A stretch of 64,000 bases of DNA, taken from a virus. How positions within the stretch are numbered: position 1 is the first letter of the stretch; each line of letters opens with the position of its first letter. The stretch is taken from the IMG/VR virus record IMGVR_UViG_3300042346_001592, positions 1-64,000 of that record; one strand, 5' to 3'. Positions 1-9,735 of this stretch are shown one piece after another. Under the pieces are notes generated by a model. The model did not search any database. It was given only the letters and a program-made list of their open reading frames with translations, and was not told the DNA's origin. The translations under genes were made by a program, and so were the position numbers.

Positions 1-1330
1 TTCCACCGTTAGGAAGGAGTGATGGTAAGTGTAATGTTCCAGATACAATAGCTTTATATCTATCTTTATCTGCTGAAAAGTCACTCACCGAAATAGTTAT
101 ACCAAAACTCGAAGTTGAACCGGTAGAATTTAATATAAAATTTTGAATTTGAGAAATAACACTTCCAGTTCCATCATAAATTATAAAACTCATGGTAGTT
201 CCAGTAGAAAAACAAGAAAACTCACTACTCGAAAAACCTACAATTGAATTATAACTATTCGTTGTTGGTCTAGTGGTATCACCAATAAAATCACTACTTA
301 CAGACCATCCACCAACACTATAATAATCAGCAACAGGATTAGCAATAAATCTATCTTGGGTGCTATTAAATATTTGTGGTGAAAAATAATCTACATAAGC
401 AGGAGCTGGAATCCAAACGGTAACAGTAGGCGCTGAGCCTAGAACAGTTACCGCAGAACCAGTTCCGTTGGGAACATTAACGACACCACCACGGAAAATG
501 ATATTTTGAATTCCTGAATAGGTTATACCTGTATTGAAATCAATAACAGATAGAGTAAAACCACTTGATGGTTGGCTAACCCAATTGAAATTACCTGATT
601 CATCAACTGATAGCACAAATCCACTTGTGGGTCCAGCATAGGTTCCAATATTTAAGAGATCGGGTGTTATACTTGAGGTAAAAATATTAGCCGTTACTAT
701 AACATCTGCTCCTGAACTTGAGGTTACAAAATCTATAGTAGAGGAATCTTGAAAAATATAATTTGTGCTAACAGCTGTTGCTCCACCTGAGAGTTGTTCC
801 CAGGCACCGGATGGCCATGTTCCGCTATAAAAATATAATTTTTTTGTATCAAAATTTAATACTACACTACCATTATTAGGTGTTTGATAACTATAATTAG
901 GTGAATTATAAATAGCAATTCTACCTGATTGTGTAGCAAATACACCACTAGAAGGGGTTCCGATAATGAATCTATCCCCATCACTAGGACTAGTTATATC
1001 ACCTGGACTTTGAGTGAATTTTACCACTGGATCCAACCAGTAAGCCGAACCTAACCCAAAGTCTAATTTTTCCCAATTTCCATTATCAGATAGATCTTGA
1101 CTTGATAGGCCTCTTGTTAAAGTGTAAAATCCAGTATCAGCACTATCGTTATAGACCGATACGATCATACCCCATTCTCTACGAACAGTATAGATCTGGT
1201 TTCTCTGTGTAATATTTTCAACTGAGTGTAGGCCACCCTGTATTTCATACGCAAGAGCCGATGCGATAAGATCCAAACTATCATTTGGTCTTACCGGTGC
1301 GGTTATTAATGTTCCTACATTCTTAGACAT
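1..1330 (-). CDS. Putative tail fibre/structural protein, partial (runs off left edge; absent from ORF track)
   Basis: ATG at 1330 reads MSKNVGTLITAPVRPNDSLDLIASALAYEIQGGLHSVENITQRNQIYTVRREWGMIVSVYND; GG..V....RN.I...R..GM.V.V motif typical of phage fibre proteins; S/T/G-rich downstream. Confidence 0.6.
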   Translation of the reverse strand, partial: MSKNVGTLITAPVRPNDSLDLIASALAYEIQGGLHSVENITQRNQIYTVRREWGMIVSVYNDSADTGFYTLTRGLSSQDLSDNGNWEKLDFGLGSAYWLDPVVKFTQSPGDITSPSDGDRFIIGTPSSGVFATQSGRIAIYNSPNYSYQTPNNGSVVLNFDTKKLYFYSGTWPSGAWEQLSGGATAVSTNYIFQDSSTIDFVTSSSGADVIVTANIFTSSITPDLLNIGTYAGPTSGFVLSVDESGNFNWVSQPSSGFTLSVIDFNTGITYSGIQNIIFRGGVVNVPNGTGSAVTVLGSAPTVTVWIPAPAYVDYFSPQIFNSTQDRFIANPVADYYSVGGWSVSSDFIGDTTRPTTNSYNSIVGFSSSEFSCFSTGTTMSFIIYDGTGSVISQIQNFILNSTGSTSSFGITISVSDFSADKDRYKAIVSGTLHLPSLLPNGG

Positions 1331-1331
1331 C

Positions 1332-2294
1332 TCATGTTGTTATTTTTAAATAGTCGATAGTAGAATACTGCTGTGTATTACTTATCCAAATATCATAACT
1401 CTGTGTATATGAACCAATACTATACGTAACTGACGAATAATAAATTGAACCACTTCCATGAATTTTGGTGAATGCGTTATTTATTAGACCATTAACCCAA
1501 AAAACTGGTTGGCCGAAATAACTTGGAAAAGCAAAAACTAGATAATCACCCGAACCATTGATGCGAGGATGTGATTTACCGTCAAGAATAATTTCAAGTT
1601 CTCTAAGGTTTGTATTATTTGGTAATAATTGTATTTGCATATTACTCCAAGTGTTTGAGAAATATTCACTTGTGCCCCACCAAAATTTTTCACTCCATTC
1701 AAAAGTGCTGATTACCGACTGGGTTTGAACACCATCAAATACCGAGGCGGTAAAAGTAGTATCAGTCCATTTAGGAACTGAAAAAACAGTGCTACCACTT
1801 TGGCTAAGTCCGGTGATTGAAAAAGTAGTTGAATTTATTCTAAAACTCTGAATTGAATTCGAGTTTTTTTCAATACTCCAAGAGATAGAAATGTTATTTG
1901 ATTGACCCTTATACTTTGTATTGGAACTTAAAGAAATCGTTACTCCTGGTCCAACATAAGGATAAAATAGACCATCAAAAATTTGACCTAAACTTTGACC
2001 CGAGAAAGTAGTTCCTTTTGGCCATCCACCTATAGTAGCAGTTGATGGTGTTTGTGAACTATAATTAAAATCTGCTATTGTTTGATCGTGTAACTCATCA
2101 GTTCTTTTCCATAGAGTAAATACAGCATTTCTAACATCTACCGCTTGAATGAGATTCGCAGTATTATCTGGAATCGCACTCATCATTTGGTCTAACCCCG
2201 TAGGCGAAAAAATATCACCACCGAAAGGAAAAGTCTGTGAAAAAGTAGCAGAACCAGGAAATGAATAAGTATATGAAGAACCTGTATGTGACAT
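1332..2294 (-). CDS. Putative virion structural protein (S/T-rich, beta-rich)
   Basis: 320 aa S/T/G/aromatic-rich, directly upstream of fibre-like gene, TATATA motif upstream. Confidence 0.45.
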   Translation of the reverse strand: MSHTGSSYTYSFPGSATFSQTFPFGGDIFSPTGLDQMMSAIPDNTANLIQAVDVRNAVFTLWKRTDELHDQTIADFNYSSQTPSTATIGGWPKGTTFSGQSLGQIFDGLFYPYVGPGVTISLSSNTKYKGQSNNISISWSIEKNSNSIQSFRINSTTFSITGLSQSGSTVFSVPKWTDTTFTASVFDGVQTQSVISTFEWSEKFWWGTSEYFSNTWSNMQIQLLPNNTNLRELEIILDGKSHPRINGSGDYLVFAFPSYFGQPVFWVNGLINNAFTKIHGSGSIYYSSVTYSIGSYTQSYDIWISNTQQYSTIDYLKITT

Positions 2295-2319
2295 CTTGAA
2301 TGTATATATTCAAAATCTA

Positions 2320-3006
2320 TTATTTAATTCTCCAAATAAGTATGTTAGATAAGTCTTTGAAACCAATAATGGTGTATGTAGTTGGTAATTGAGCGAAATG
2401 TAATTTCCAGTGAATTAATTTTTTGGGTGATTCTCTCAATTTTTCTAATAATTTTTCAGATAATTTGCTACTATTAATTATGGATAATAAATCACCTTGT
2501 GTATCAGATGGTAGAATATTCAACTCTATATTGTTAGGTGAAACGTTCATATCTATCCTCAAATTTGATAGAGAACTAAAGAATTCTTGGCTAATCATTT
2601 CTTCAAGTTCTATGATATCTTCTTTAGAAAGACAAATAACCTTTACTAGTTCACCAAAAAGATCGATTTGGAATAAGTTCAATTTTGGCTCTAATAACTT
2701 TATATGAGATAGACTAACATCAAAATAATCCGCTAATATTTTTTCATGCTCGAACATCGAACCCCATTCAAGTGACTCACTAATCAAGAAATCTTCGAGC
2801 GTGTCAAAAATGATTTTTTTAGTAGAATGTGTATCTTCAAGATTGTTATGCTCTATAAACTTTTTATAATTAGATTCTCTCTCTAGGTATCTTTGTATTT
2901 TAGACCATGATATTTCTTTATCTTTACACCAAGATTTTAAAAGACTACGAATCTTTTTATACTTTTTTGTTATATCTCTAGAATTTTTATCAACTTTCAT
3001 ACACAT
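2320..3006 (-). CDS. Hypothetical protein
   Basis: 228 aa ORF, no recognisable motif. Confidence 0.6.
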   Translation of the reverse strand: MCMKVDKNSRDITKKYKKIRSLLKSWCKDKEISWSKIQRYLERESNYKKFIEHNNLEDTHSTKKIIFDTLEDFLISESLEWGSMFEHEKILADYFDVSLSHIKLLEPKLNLFQIDLFGELVKVICLSKEDIIELEEMISQEFFSSLSNLRIDMNVSPNNIELNILPSDTQGDLLSIINSSKLSEKLLEKLRESPKKLIHWKLHFAQLPTTYTIIGFKDLSNILIWRIK

Positions 3007-3029
3007 ATATATAAAAAAGCGTGAACAAA

Positions 3030-3056
3030 AAACAATCTCAAAAAAATATATATAAT
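3030..3056 (+). promoter_or_regulatory. AAAC-N17-TATAAT putative phage promoter
   Basis: AAAC 3030-3033 and TATAAT 3051-3056; same spacing recurs upstream of many genes. Confidence 0.5.
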
Positions 3057-3102
3057 ATCACTAAGGCGAAAAGCCTATAAAAAAATAATAAAAACAAAAC
3101 GA

Positions 3103-3285
3103 ATGAAAACTCTTTTGACCCTAGCTCTTGGTTTGTTCTTGTTTGCTTCATGTGAATCTGCTCCTGAGGAAGTAGCTACTGAAGAAACAACAGTTGTTGA
3201 GACTGAAGAAGTAGTTGCTACTGATTCAACCGCTACCGAAGCACCAGCCACTGAAACTGCTCCTGAAGCCGGAGCTATCCAATAA
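3103..3285 (+). CDS. Small acidic lipoprotein
   Basis: MKTLLTLALGLFLFASC lipobox followed by an E/T/A-rich low-complexity tail. Confidence 0.75.
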   Translation: MKTLLTLALGLFLFASCESAPEEVATEETTVVETEEVVATDSTATEAPATETAPEAGAIQ

Positions 3286-3309
3286 CTTTTATAAAAAAGT
3301 TACACAACT

Positions 3310-3346
3310 AAGGGGTGGGATCAGATGATCTCACCTCTTTTTTTTT
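3310..3346 (+). terminator. Rho-independent terminator
   Basis: AAGGGGTGGGATC-AGAT-GATCTCACCTCTT stem-loop followed by T run, after the lipoprotein gene. Confidence 0.8.
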
Positions 3347-3353
3347 ATATATA
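3346..3353. promoter_or_regulatory. TATATATA putative late promoter
   Basis: 13 nt before ATG 3367; motif recurs before many genes. Confidence 0.5.
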
Positions 3354-3366
3354 CTTGTAACAAATT

Positions 3367-4269
3367 ATGACATTAAGAGAAATACAAGCCTACAACAACC
3401 GAAAGCCGGTTGAATTTGTTATAAGGGAAAACTTCAGGCTTATTGAAGATCAGGCTTATATTCCTAGATTTAAGCTCAAAGACATCTACCAAATCGCTGA
3501 TGTTCCGGTAAATGAGCCGATGAAAGTTACAGAAGCGTTGATTATAAAGGGAATCAAATACGGTATGATATTCTTGATTAACTATAAAGGTGAATACGAT
3601 AATCACTTTGCGGGTCACGAAAGAGTCTTTCAACCGATGGTTCTTGGTCGTTCATCCAAAGGAAAACTACTTATTCGTGGTTTTCACCTCAATGGATGGT
3701 CGGTTTCACAAAATAAAAAAATAGATAAAATCTGGAGAATGTTCAGACTCGATAGAATACTATCGATAACTTTCGTGGGATCTTTCTATAGACTACCACC
3801 ATCGGGTTATAATATGAACGATAGAGGTATGCGTGGTGGTATTATAGCTAGAGCTGATTTCAATGAGATCAGAAAAAACCAACAAACCCTCATCAAGCAG
3901 CAGAAAATTCAAAACAAAGATGAAGTAACTCTCGAAGATGATGGTCGTAAGTTTGTATCTATCAAGGCTAAGACTACTGATACACAATTAGATATGAATC
4001 GTCCTTTTGAAAATGCTTACATCAATAATCTAAAAGATACTAAAAATATAAGAATAAGCTTTCTTAAATCTCTTTACGGGAATCGTTGGATAGCACTTCT
4101 AGGAGCTATCGGTGAGACTGGAAACACAGTTAAAATTTTAGACGACAAAAATGTTAATATAGGTGTCTATAAAGTTTTAGACTCGATATCAGGAGATACT
4201 TTACAAAAAATTAAAAGAGTCAAAGGAAATTTCATGTTTGAGTTATTTTTATTTGATAAAAAATTATAA
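3367..4269 (+). CDS. WYL-domain protein
   Basis: INYKG...ERVFQPMVLG...LIRGF...WRMFRLDRILSI matches the WYL core (R...P..L, FRLDRI). Confidence 0.7.
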   Translation: MTLREIQAYNNRKPVEFVIRENFRLIEDQAYIPRFKLKDIYQIADVPVNEPMKVTEALIIKGIKYGMIFLINYKGEYDNHFAGHERVFQPMVLGRSSKGKLLIRGFHLNGWSVSQNKKIDKIWRMFRLDRILSITFVGSFYRLPPSGYNMNDRGMRGGIIARADFNEIRKNQQTLIKQQKIQNKDEVTLEDDGRKFVSIKAKTTDTQLDMNRPFENAYINNLKDTKNIRISFLKSLYGNRWIALLGAIGETGNTVKILDDKNVNIGVYKVLDSISGDTLQKIKRVKGNFMFELFLFDKKL

Positions 4270-4277
4270 ATAGATTT

Positions 4278-5369
4278 ATGAAAAGAATCGTAAAAATTTT
4301 AGAAAGTAGATTTCAAGAAGAACTACCTAATTTCATCCAGGATCTTCAAGATGATAGGGATGACTTTTTCAGTGGCCATACCTTAACAAAAATAAACAAG
4401 GAGGAGTTTCTACAAAGATATTTAGCTGATTATCCTAAAGAAATGATAGATACCTATAATCTATCTGCTTTTATTCAGAAAATAAACCAAACTCTTGAAG
4501 CTTTTCCTAACATTAGTAGTGAAATATTAGAAAGAAACTGGGATATTTACCTTAACTCGTTGGGCAAAAGAGATTACGATGATACAGGTGATCCAGATTC
4601 AGCACAAATTCAAGTAGAGTTCGATGATGAGCGTTCTATACTTAAAAAATCCACGTTTGAAAGAGAGAAGTATTTTATACAAATTGATCTTCTTAAAATG
4701 CAAGAATGGATTAAAGAACAGGGCAAAAAGATGATTATTGTATTCGAAGGACGTGATGCTGCTGGAAAAGGATCCACCATTAAAAGATTCATTGAATATT
4801 TAAATCCTCGAGGTTTTAGAGTAGTAGCTCTTGATAAACCAACACCAGAAGAAAAAAGAAATTGGTTTCAAAGATACGAAACTCATTTTCCTAAAGCTGG
4901 TGAAATTGTATTTTTTGATAGAAGTTGGTATAACAGAGCTGTTGTTGAACCAGTTATGGGATACTGCAGTGAAGAAGAATACAAAGATTTCATGGAGAGT
5001 GTCAATGACTGGGAAAGATCGATTACTGATTCCGGTATTATACTTATTAAATTTTGGTTCTCAATAACAAAGGAAAAACAAGAGCAAAGATTTGAAGCTA
5101 GAAAAAAATCACCACTCAAATATTGGAAGTTTTCACCAAACGATGCTAAAGTTATTGATAAGTATGAAATAATGACTTTCTATAAAAATCAAATGTTCAA
5201 TAGAACTTCCACAGATTTCGCACCTTGGGTTATTATCAACTCGAATGATAAGAAAGTAGGTATATTAAACTCCATGCGATATGTTCTTTCACAAGTTGAA
5301 TATCCAGATAAAAATCCATCTGTTATCGAGTGGTATCCAGAGGTAGTGAATATTCTTAAGTTAAACTAA
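4278..5369 (+). CDS. ppk2: Polyphosphate kinase 2 (class I-like) with about 110 aa N-terminal extension
   Basis: FEGRDAAGKGSTIKR Walker A, FDRSWYNR Walker B, IKFWFSI, PW..I.SNDKK. Confidence 0.92.
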   Translation: MKRIVKILESRFQEELPNFIQDLQDDRDDFFSGHTLTKINKEEFLQRYLADYPKEMIDTYNLSAFIQKINQTLEAFPNISSEILERNWDIYLNSLGKRDYDDTGDPDSAQIQVEFDDERSILKKSTFEREKYFIQIDLLKMQEWIKEQGKKMIIVFEGRDAAGKGSTIKRFIEYLNPRGFRVVALDKPTPEEKRNWFQRYETHFPKAGEIVFFDRSWYNRAVVEPVMGYCSEEEYKDFMESVNDWERSITDSGIILIKFWFSITKEKQEQRFEARKKSPLKYWKFSPNDAKVIDKYEIMTFYKNQMFNRTSTDFAPWVIINSNDKKVGILNSMRYVLSQVEYPDKNPSVIEWYPEVVNILKLN

Positions 5370-5378
5370 GCTCTTTTA

Positions 5379-6350
5379 ATGCTTATATTGTATGGCATAC
5401 AAACAACTGGACTAGGTCATCTATCAAGAAGTTTAAAAATAATCAAATCTCTTGAAAAAAGAGGCCACAAGGTTGATATCGTCACTTCTGGTCCAGATCA
5501 GAATATTTTAGATATAAAATCAAAACATTACAAAGGATATTCTTTTTTAAAAAATAAAGGGGGTGAAATTAGTATCACCCAAACACTTTTCGGTCAAGAT
5601 ATTTCTCAATTATACCGAGATATCAAAAACTTTCCTAAAAGAGATTATGATTTTGTTATTTCTGATTTTGAACCTATCTCTTCTTGGGTTTCCAAACACA
5701 GAAATATTCCTCTTTTTTCAGTATCTAATCAATCTAATTTTTCAAGTAGTAACTACACAAGACCCTTAAGTATTCTTGCCCTGAGTGAAGTAGTTATGAA
5801 AATTGGGATACCTTTTGGAAGACCGATTGGTTTTCACTGGAAACCATTTGATAATTTTATCTATAAACCTATTATAAGAGATGAAATATTCTTCGCTGGT
5901 GATAGGAAAGAAGAAGATTATTATTTAATCTATATAAACAATATGAATATAGAGAACACGATTGGTGTATTGAAGAGATTCGTGAAAGAAAACTTCATCA
6001 TTTATTCATCTGGCCCATATAGTGATAACTTACCAAAAAATATAAAAATAAAACAACTCAATTTCGAGAGCTTCACTAAAGATTTGATATCTTGTAAAGG
6101 TGTTATAACCAACTCTGGTTTTTCTACAATCACCGAGGCTATTTTTCTAGGAAAAAAATTAATGTCTGTTCCTCAAAAAAATCAATGGGAACAACTTTGT
6201 AATGCTTATGATCTAGCAAGGGATGGTTTTTTCATAGATGATAGCCTTGATAATTTAGATAAATTTATCGAAAGTCCTAAAACTACTATTGAACCTTGGA
6301 GTGATCCTTCAGAGGATATCGTAGATGAGATTCTTTTTGGGGTTGAGTAG
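5379..6350 (+). CDS. GT-B glycosyltransferase, MJ1255/VC2487-like (GT28 C-terminal related)
   Basis: ILYGIQTTGLGHLSR, VISDFEP, VITNSGFSTITEA, PQKNQWEQLCNA. Confidence 0.85.
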   Translation: MLILYGIQTTGLGHLSRSLKIIKSLEKRGHKVDIVTSGPDQNILDIKSKHYKGYSFLKNKGGEISITQTLFGQDISQLYRDIKNFPKRDYDFVISDFEPISSWVSKHRNIPLFSVSNQSNFSSSNYTRPLSILALSEVVMKIGIPFGRPIGFHWKPFDNFIYKPIIRDEIFFAGDRKEEDYYLIYINNMNIENTIGVLKRFVKENFIIYSSGPYSDNLPKNIKIKQLNFESFTKDLISCKGVITNSGFSTITEAIFLGKKLMSVPQKNQWEQLCNAYDLARDGFFIDDSLDNLDKFIESPKTTIEPWSDPSEDIVDEILFGVE

Positions 6351-6367
6351 AAAAAAAAAATAAATAA

Positions 6368-6844
6368 ATGACAAATGAAATAAAAATTTTCAAAAAAATA
6401 CTTAGTTCCAAAGACGATCCATATCTTGGTGTCGATTTTGAGTTCTATACAAGGTGGCGATTGATATTGAGAATACTCGTTGGATTAAATAAAAACTATA
6501 TCTGGACCCAAGTTTTCAGAAAAAAATATAAGTTCAACACACAACTTGCTGTAATTGGTCTTAAAACCTCGGGTCAAAATGTAAAGAGAAGAACCAAAGG
6601 ATTTGCTAAAGAATTTCTTTTAGAAAATAAAAATCCCAAATGTATATTCTGCCATCAAAAATTAACAGAAGAAAACGCCACGACCGATCATATTATACCG
6701 ATTAGTGAAAGGGGAACAAACGCTCAGGTAAATCTTGTTGTTTGTTGTGATAAATGTAATGTTGAAAGAGGAAACGCACCTTTTTACACTTATTTTAGAA
6801 AAAAGAACCCTTCAAGAGCAAAAGAAAAATATATATTCATATGA
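6368..6844 (+). CDS. HNH endonuclease
   Basis: CIFC...TTDHIIP...GTN...NLVVCCDKCN. Confidence 0.85.
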   Translation: MTNEIKIFKKILSSKDDPYLGVDFEFYTRWRLILRILVGLNKNYIWTQVFRKKYKFNTQLAVIGLKTSGQNVKRRTKGFAKEFLLENKNPKCIFCHQKLTEENATTDHIIPISERGTNAQVNLVVCCDKCNVERGNAPFYTYFRKKNPSRAKEKYIFI

Positions 6845-7620
6845 TAATAAGAGGCCCTAGATTCTCATTTGAGATGAGTGATAGAGAACACAACGATTTT
6901 AAGAATTTAGTTGTTGAAAAACTAGAACTTGTTTATGGTAAAGATTCATTCTCACAAGTAGATGGTATTTGGGGCAACTTTTTAAATCCAGTAGAGGGTA
7001 TTGAAAATCCAAATCGTGTAAAAAGTATATTAAACTACTTGAATACCAATATTCTTTTTAGAGAAATGATCTGTAAGAAAAATACTTCTCTATCAAATTA
7101 TAGTGAATTGAGGGATTATTTTGATAAAAACTACCAAAAGTTTATCGAGAAGAGTGGTGAGTATTTCGGTCAAGTTTTACAACTCTTAGAAAGAACCGAA
7201 GAAAAAGGTGTCGCAAATGAACTTTCGGCCATACCAAGATTAAAAAGAGGCCTAAAGGAAAAACTTTCTCTAGATGTTGATGTCTATAGAACTGAAACGG
7301 ATTCTAAAGATGATTTGATATTTGGTATTGATATTTATTATCTAGAAGATGGTCAGATGGTTGGATGTCAAGTCAAACCACTAAAATCTTTCCAAGAAGA
7401 TGCAGACCATATTATTATCGAAAGTTCAGGCCTTATAAAAAAATACAGAGGTATCAAGTTTTTAATCTTTATTGATAGACATCCATCAGAAAATCCAAAT
7501 GAAGAGAAATATGTTCGCGGCACTAAATTCTTTATCTTCTATAATGATCCTCTAGAAATACAGAATAAAACACTTGTATTCTCAAGAGGTTCTCTTTTTT
7601 ATACCAATCAAATACCATAA
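6841..7620 (+). CDS. Putative PD-(D/E)XK nuclease-fold protein
   Basis: GVANE...DDLIFGIDIY...GCQVKP resembles the E...D..(Q/E)xK catalytic arrangement. Confidence 0.45.
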   Translation: MIIRGPRFSFEMSDREHNDFKNLVVEKLELVYGKDSFSQVDGIWGNFLNPVEGIENPNRVKSILNYLNTNILFREMICKKNTSLSNYSELRDYFDKNYQKFIEKSGEYFGQVLQLLERTEEKGVANELSAIPRLKRGLKEKLSLDVDVYRTETDSKDDLIFGIDIYYLEDGQMVGCQVKPLKSFQEDADHIIIESSGLIKKYRGIKFLIFIDRHPSENPNEEKYVRGTKFFIFYNDPLEIQNKTLVFSRGSLFYTNQIP

Positions 7621-7670
7621 AAAAAATGAAAATATTTTTTTAATATATAAATAAAAAAAAACATAAAAAC

Positions 7671-8300
7671 ATGAAAAGGAAAATTAAAGATTTCTCAAAA
7701 TTCGTAAATGAAGAACTCGAAATGAGAGACGAAATGTATGGTGGTGAGGAAACTGAAACCATGCCTATTACAAAACCAGTTACTAAACCAAGACCAGGTA
7801 TTGGAACAATACCAGCTCCGGTTCCTGGAACAGAACCAGATCCACAAGGCTCACGCAGATTCATGGATGATACCATGTACGATGAGTTTGATACTGATAT
7901 GCGTGAAATCGAATCAGAAGATGATGGAGTAGAATACGAAGATAACATTCAAACCGAAGAGGAAGAGGGTGTTTATATCGGAACAAAACTTATGGAAGAT
8001 CTTGCTGATGAACTTGGTGTTGAAATCGTTGATAATCAAATCAATTATAATGGACACGTTATCAACTTCTACTCTGAAACCGAAGCTTTTGACATCGACG
8101 GTGAATCTTATACTAGAGACGAACGTGGTAAAAAAACTCCTATAAAGACCGTAGAACAAGTTCTTGACTTTTTGAATAAAGGCCAAGATAGAGGTATGAC
8201 CAAGCCAAGTCGTATGGCACAACCAAGTCGTATGGCACAACCAAGTCGTATGATGGAAGAAAGATTCAGAGCAGGACGTGGAAGACCTGGTAGAATTTAA
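7671..8300 (+). CDS. Acidic low-complexity protein, putative internal head/scaffold protein
   Basis: N-terminus MKRKIKDFSKFVNEE, D/E-rich, preceded by TAATATATAAATA at 7641-7653. Confidence 0.6.
   Translation: MKRKIKDFSKFVNEELEMRDEMYGGEETETMPITKPVTKPRPGIGTIPAPVPGTEPDPQGSRRFMDDTMYDEFDTDMREIESEDDGVEYEDNIQTEEEEGVYIGTKLMEDLADELGVEIVDNQINYNGHVINFYSETEAFDIDGESYTRDERGKKTPIKTVEQVLDFLNKGQDRGMTKPSRMAQPSRMAQPSRMMEERFRAGRGRPGRI
8205..8252 (+). repeat. 18-bp tandem repeat (CCAAGTCGTATGGCACAA, about 2.7 copies) encoding PSRMAQ
   Basis: Read directly from sequence. Confidence 0.9.
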
Positions 8301-8302
8301 TA

Positions 8303-9724
8303 CTAACTAAAAATATCCACAATAACAGATAACCGCTTCGTTATCTGAGGCATGTTGAGCGGTTCAATAATAGAGTTTATCGGTGATAAAATTGATTTAT
8401 TGAACTGCTCATCAAGGTCTATTTCAGGAGCAAATTCGATAGGGTAAGCCCCTCGTATATAAGCGAATACTTCATTCATCGCTTTATTTTTCACATAATA
8501 ATATTTAATCTTCGTTCCTGATTTAATAAACTCGTATTTAACTTGATGATCCCTGTTTTGATGAAGTAGGTAGTTATAATACGCCGATGCTTTCACAGCA
8601 AAGTGTGTGCCTGATTCAAACTTTAGACCAGTCTTATCTTCTAAAACTTTCTTTTCGTATGAAGAGCAAGAGCTTTGCATACAAATATCATCAATTCTAT
8701 CAGGTGCACAAAGATCGAACTCTCGCTTCAAGTTTTTAACTAGCTTCAATAACTCTTTGATATTGAAACTATCTGGATTCTGAAAGAGATATTTAATAAC
8801 ATCTACAATTTTATCACGAGCAAAAAGTGGTGTTGAAGAACGAACAAGTTCTACACCTTTCGGGAAGATATATTTAAACCTATCGTAGTTAATACCATCC
8901 TCATATACAATGTGTTGAATGTATTTCTTTTTAGCTACATTGATAATAGATTCCGAAATACGTTCAAGCTCAAAATCTTGACGATTATCTACACCAAAAG
9001 AAGCCGCATAGGATTCCAGTTTTTCTGAAAAATATCCAGCGTATCTAAACTGGTCAATACCATGAATAAAATCAAGCTCTTTAGACCAGTTCCATCTAAC
9101 ATCGTTTGTGATAGAATTTTTTTCTAAAATCTCGAGAAGTTTTCTGTTTTTAGCCCAGGCGCCGTCGATGATGATTCCAACACCTTTATTCTCGGAAACA
9201 AACTCATCGAATTCATCAAGATTTTGTGTGGATAACTTTGTATAGGTTGTAGATTTTGGCTGATTTGCTCCCCAGAGAATGATATGATCTTTTTTGAGTT
9301 TATCTAAATTATCAAAAAATAAGTTTTGCCACTCGCAATGTGCGATTACCGGTTGAAATGAAACAAAAACCGAATCGGTATCAGCGTAAATTGAAACTTC
9401 ATTACCGGGAGTATTTAAGATTTGACGTGGATTTTTTATACAAAGTTTTCGATGAAGCTCTGTATCTAGATGCCACTTTTGATACCAATACTCTTGATTT
9501 ACACGATCCATTGTTTGGGTGAGATCCCTTCCTTGTGCGGTGATAGTTGAAGCTACGTTGTTGTTATAAAGAACAAAATAGCTGTTAGCAAAAGCTCCGT
9601 AACTACCGTTGAGAACAAGTTTCAAGGCGTTTTGCATAGCGTTGTAGAAATCAACTTCTTCTTTTATCTTTTCTGCTTTTTCTTTAAGTTCTGCTATTTC
9701 TTTTAAGGTTTGTTCTCTAGTCAT
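8303..9724 (-). CDS. Family B DNA polymerase, C-terminal subunit of a split gp43-like enzyme
   Basis: Starts just before motif B (QNALKLVLNGSYG); has YADTDS motif C, KKKY, KGVELVRSSTP; lacks exonuclease and motif A. Confidence 0.88.
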   Translation of the reverse strand: MTREQTLKEIAELKEKAEKIKEEVDFYNAMQNALKLVLNGSYGAFANSYFVLYNNNVASTITAQGRDLTQTMDRVNQEYWYQKWHLDTELHRKLCIKNPRQILNTPGNEVSIYADTDSVFVSFQPVIAHCEWQNLFFDNLDKLKKDHIILWGANQPKSTTYTKLSTQNLDEFDEFVSENKGVGIIIDGAWAKNRKLLEILEKNSITNDVRWNWSKELDFIHGIDQFRYAGYFSEKLESYAASFGVDNRQDFELERISESIINVAKKKYIQHIVYEDGINYDRFKYIFPKGVELVRSSTPLFARDKIVDVIKYLFQNPDSFNIKELLKLVKNLKREFDLCAPDRIDDICMQSSCSSYEKKVLEDKTGLKFESGTHFAVKASAYYNYLLHQNRDHQVKYEFIKSGTKIKYYYVKNKAMNEVFAYIRGAYPIEFAPEIDLDEQFNKSILSPINSIIEPLNMPQITKRLSVIVDIFS

Positions 9725-9735
9725 GGTATTTAATT

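Noticed and set aside
6368-6844. HNH gene as part of a group I intron or mobile element
   Set aside because: Flanking genes appear intact and no intron structure is evident
8205-8252. 18-bp tandem repeat as regulatory iterons
   Set aside because: Lies in frame inside a coding sequence
9080-9360. Intein in the DNA polymerase insertion
   Set aside because: No C/S start with HN-C/S/T end, no LAGLIDADG motifs
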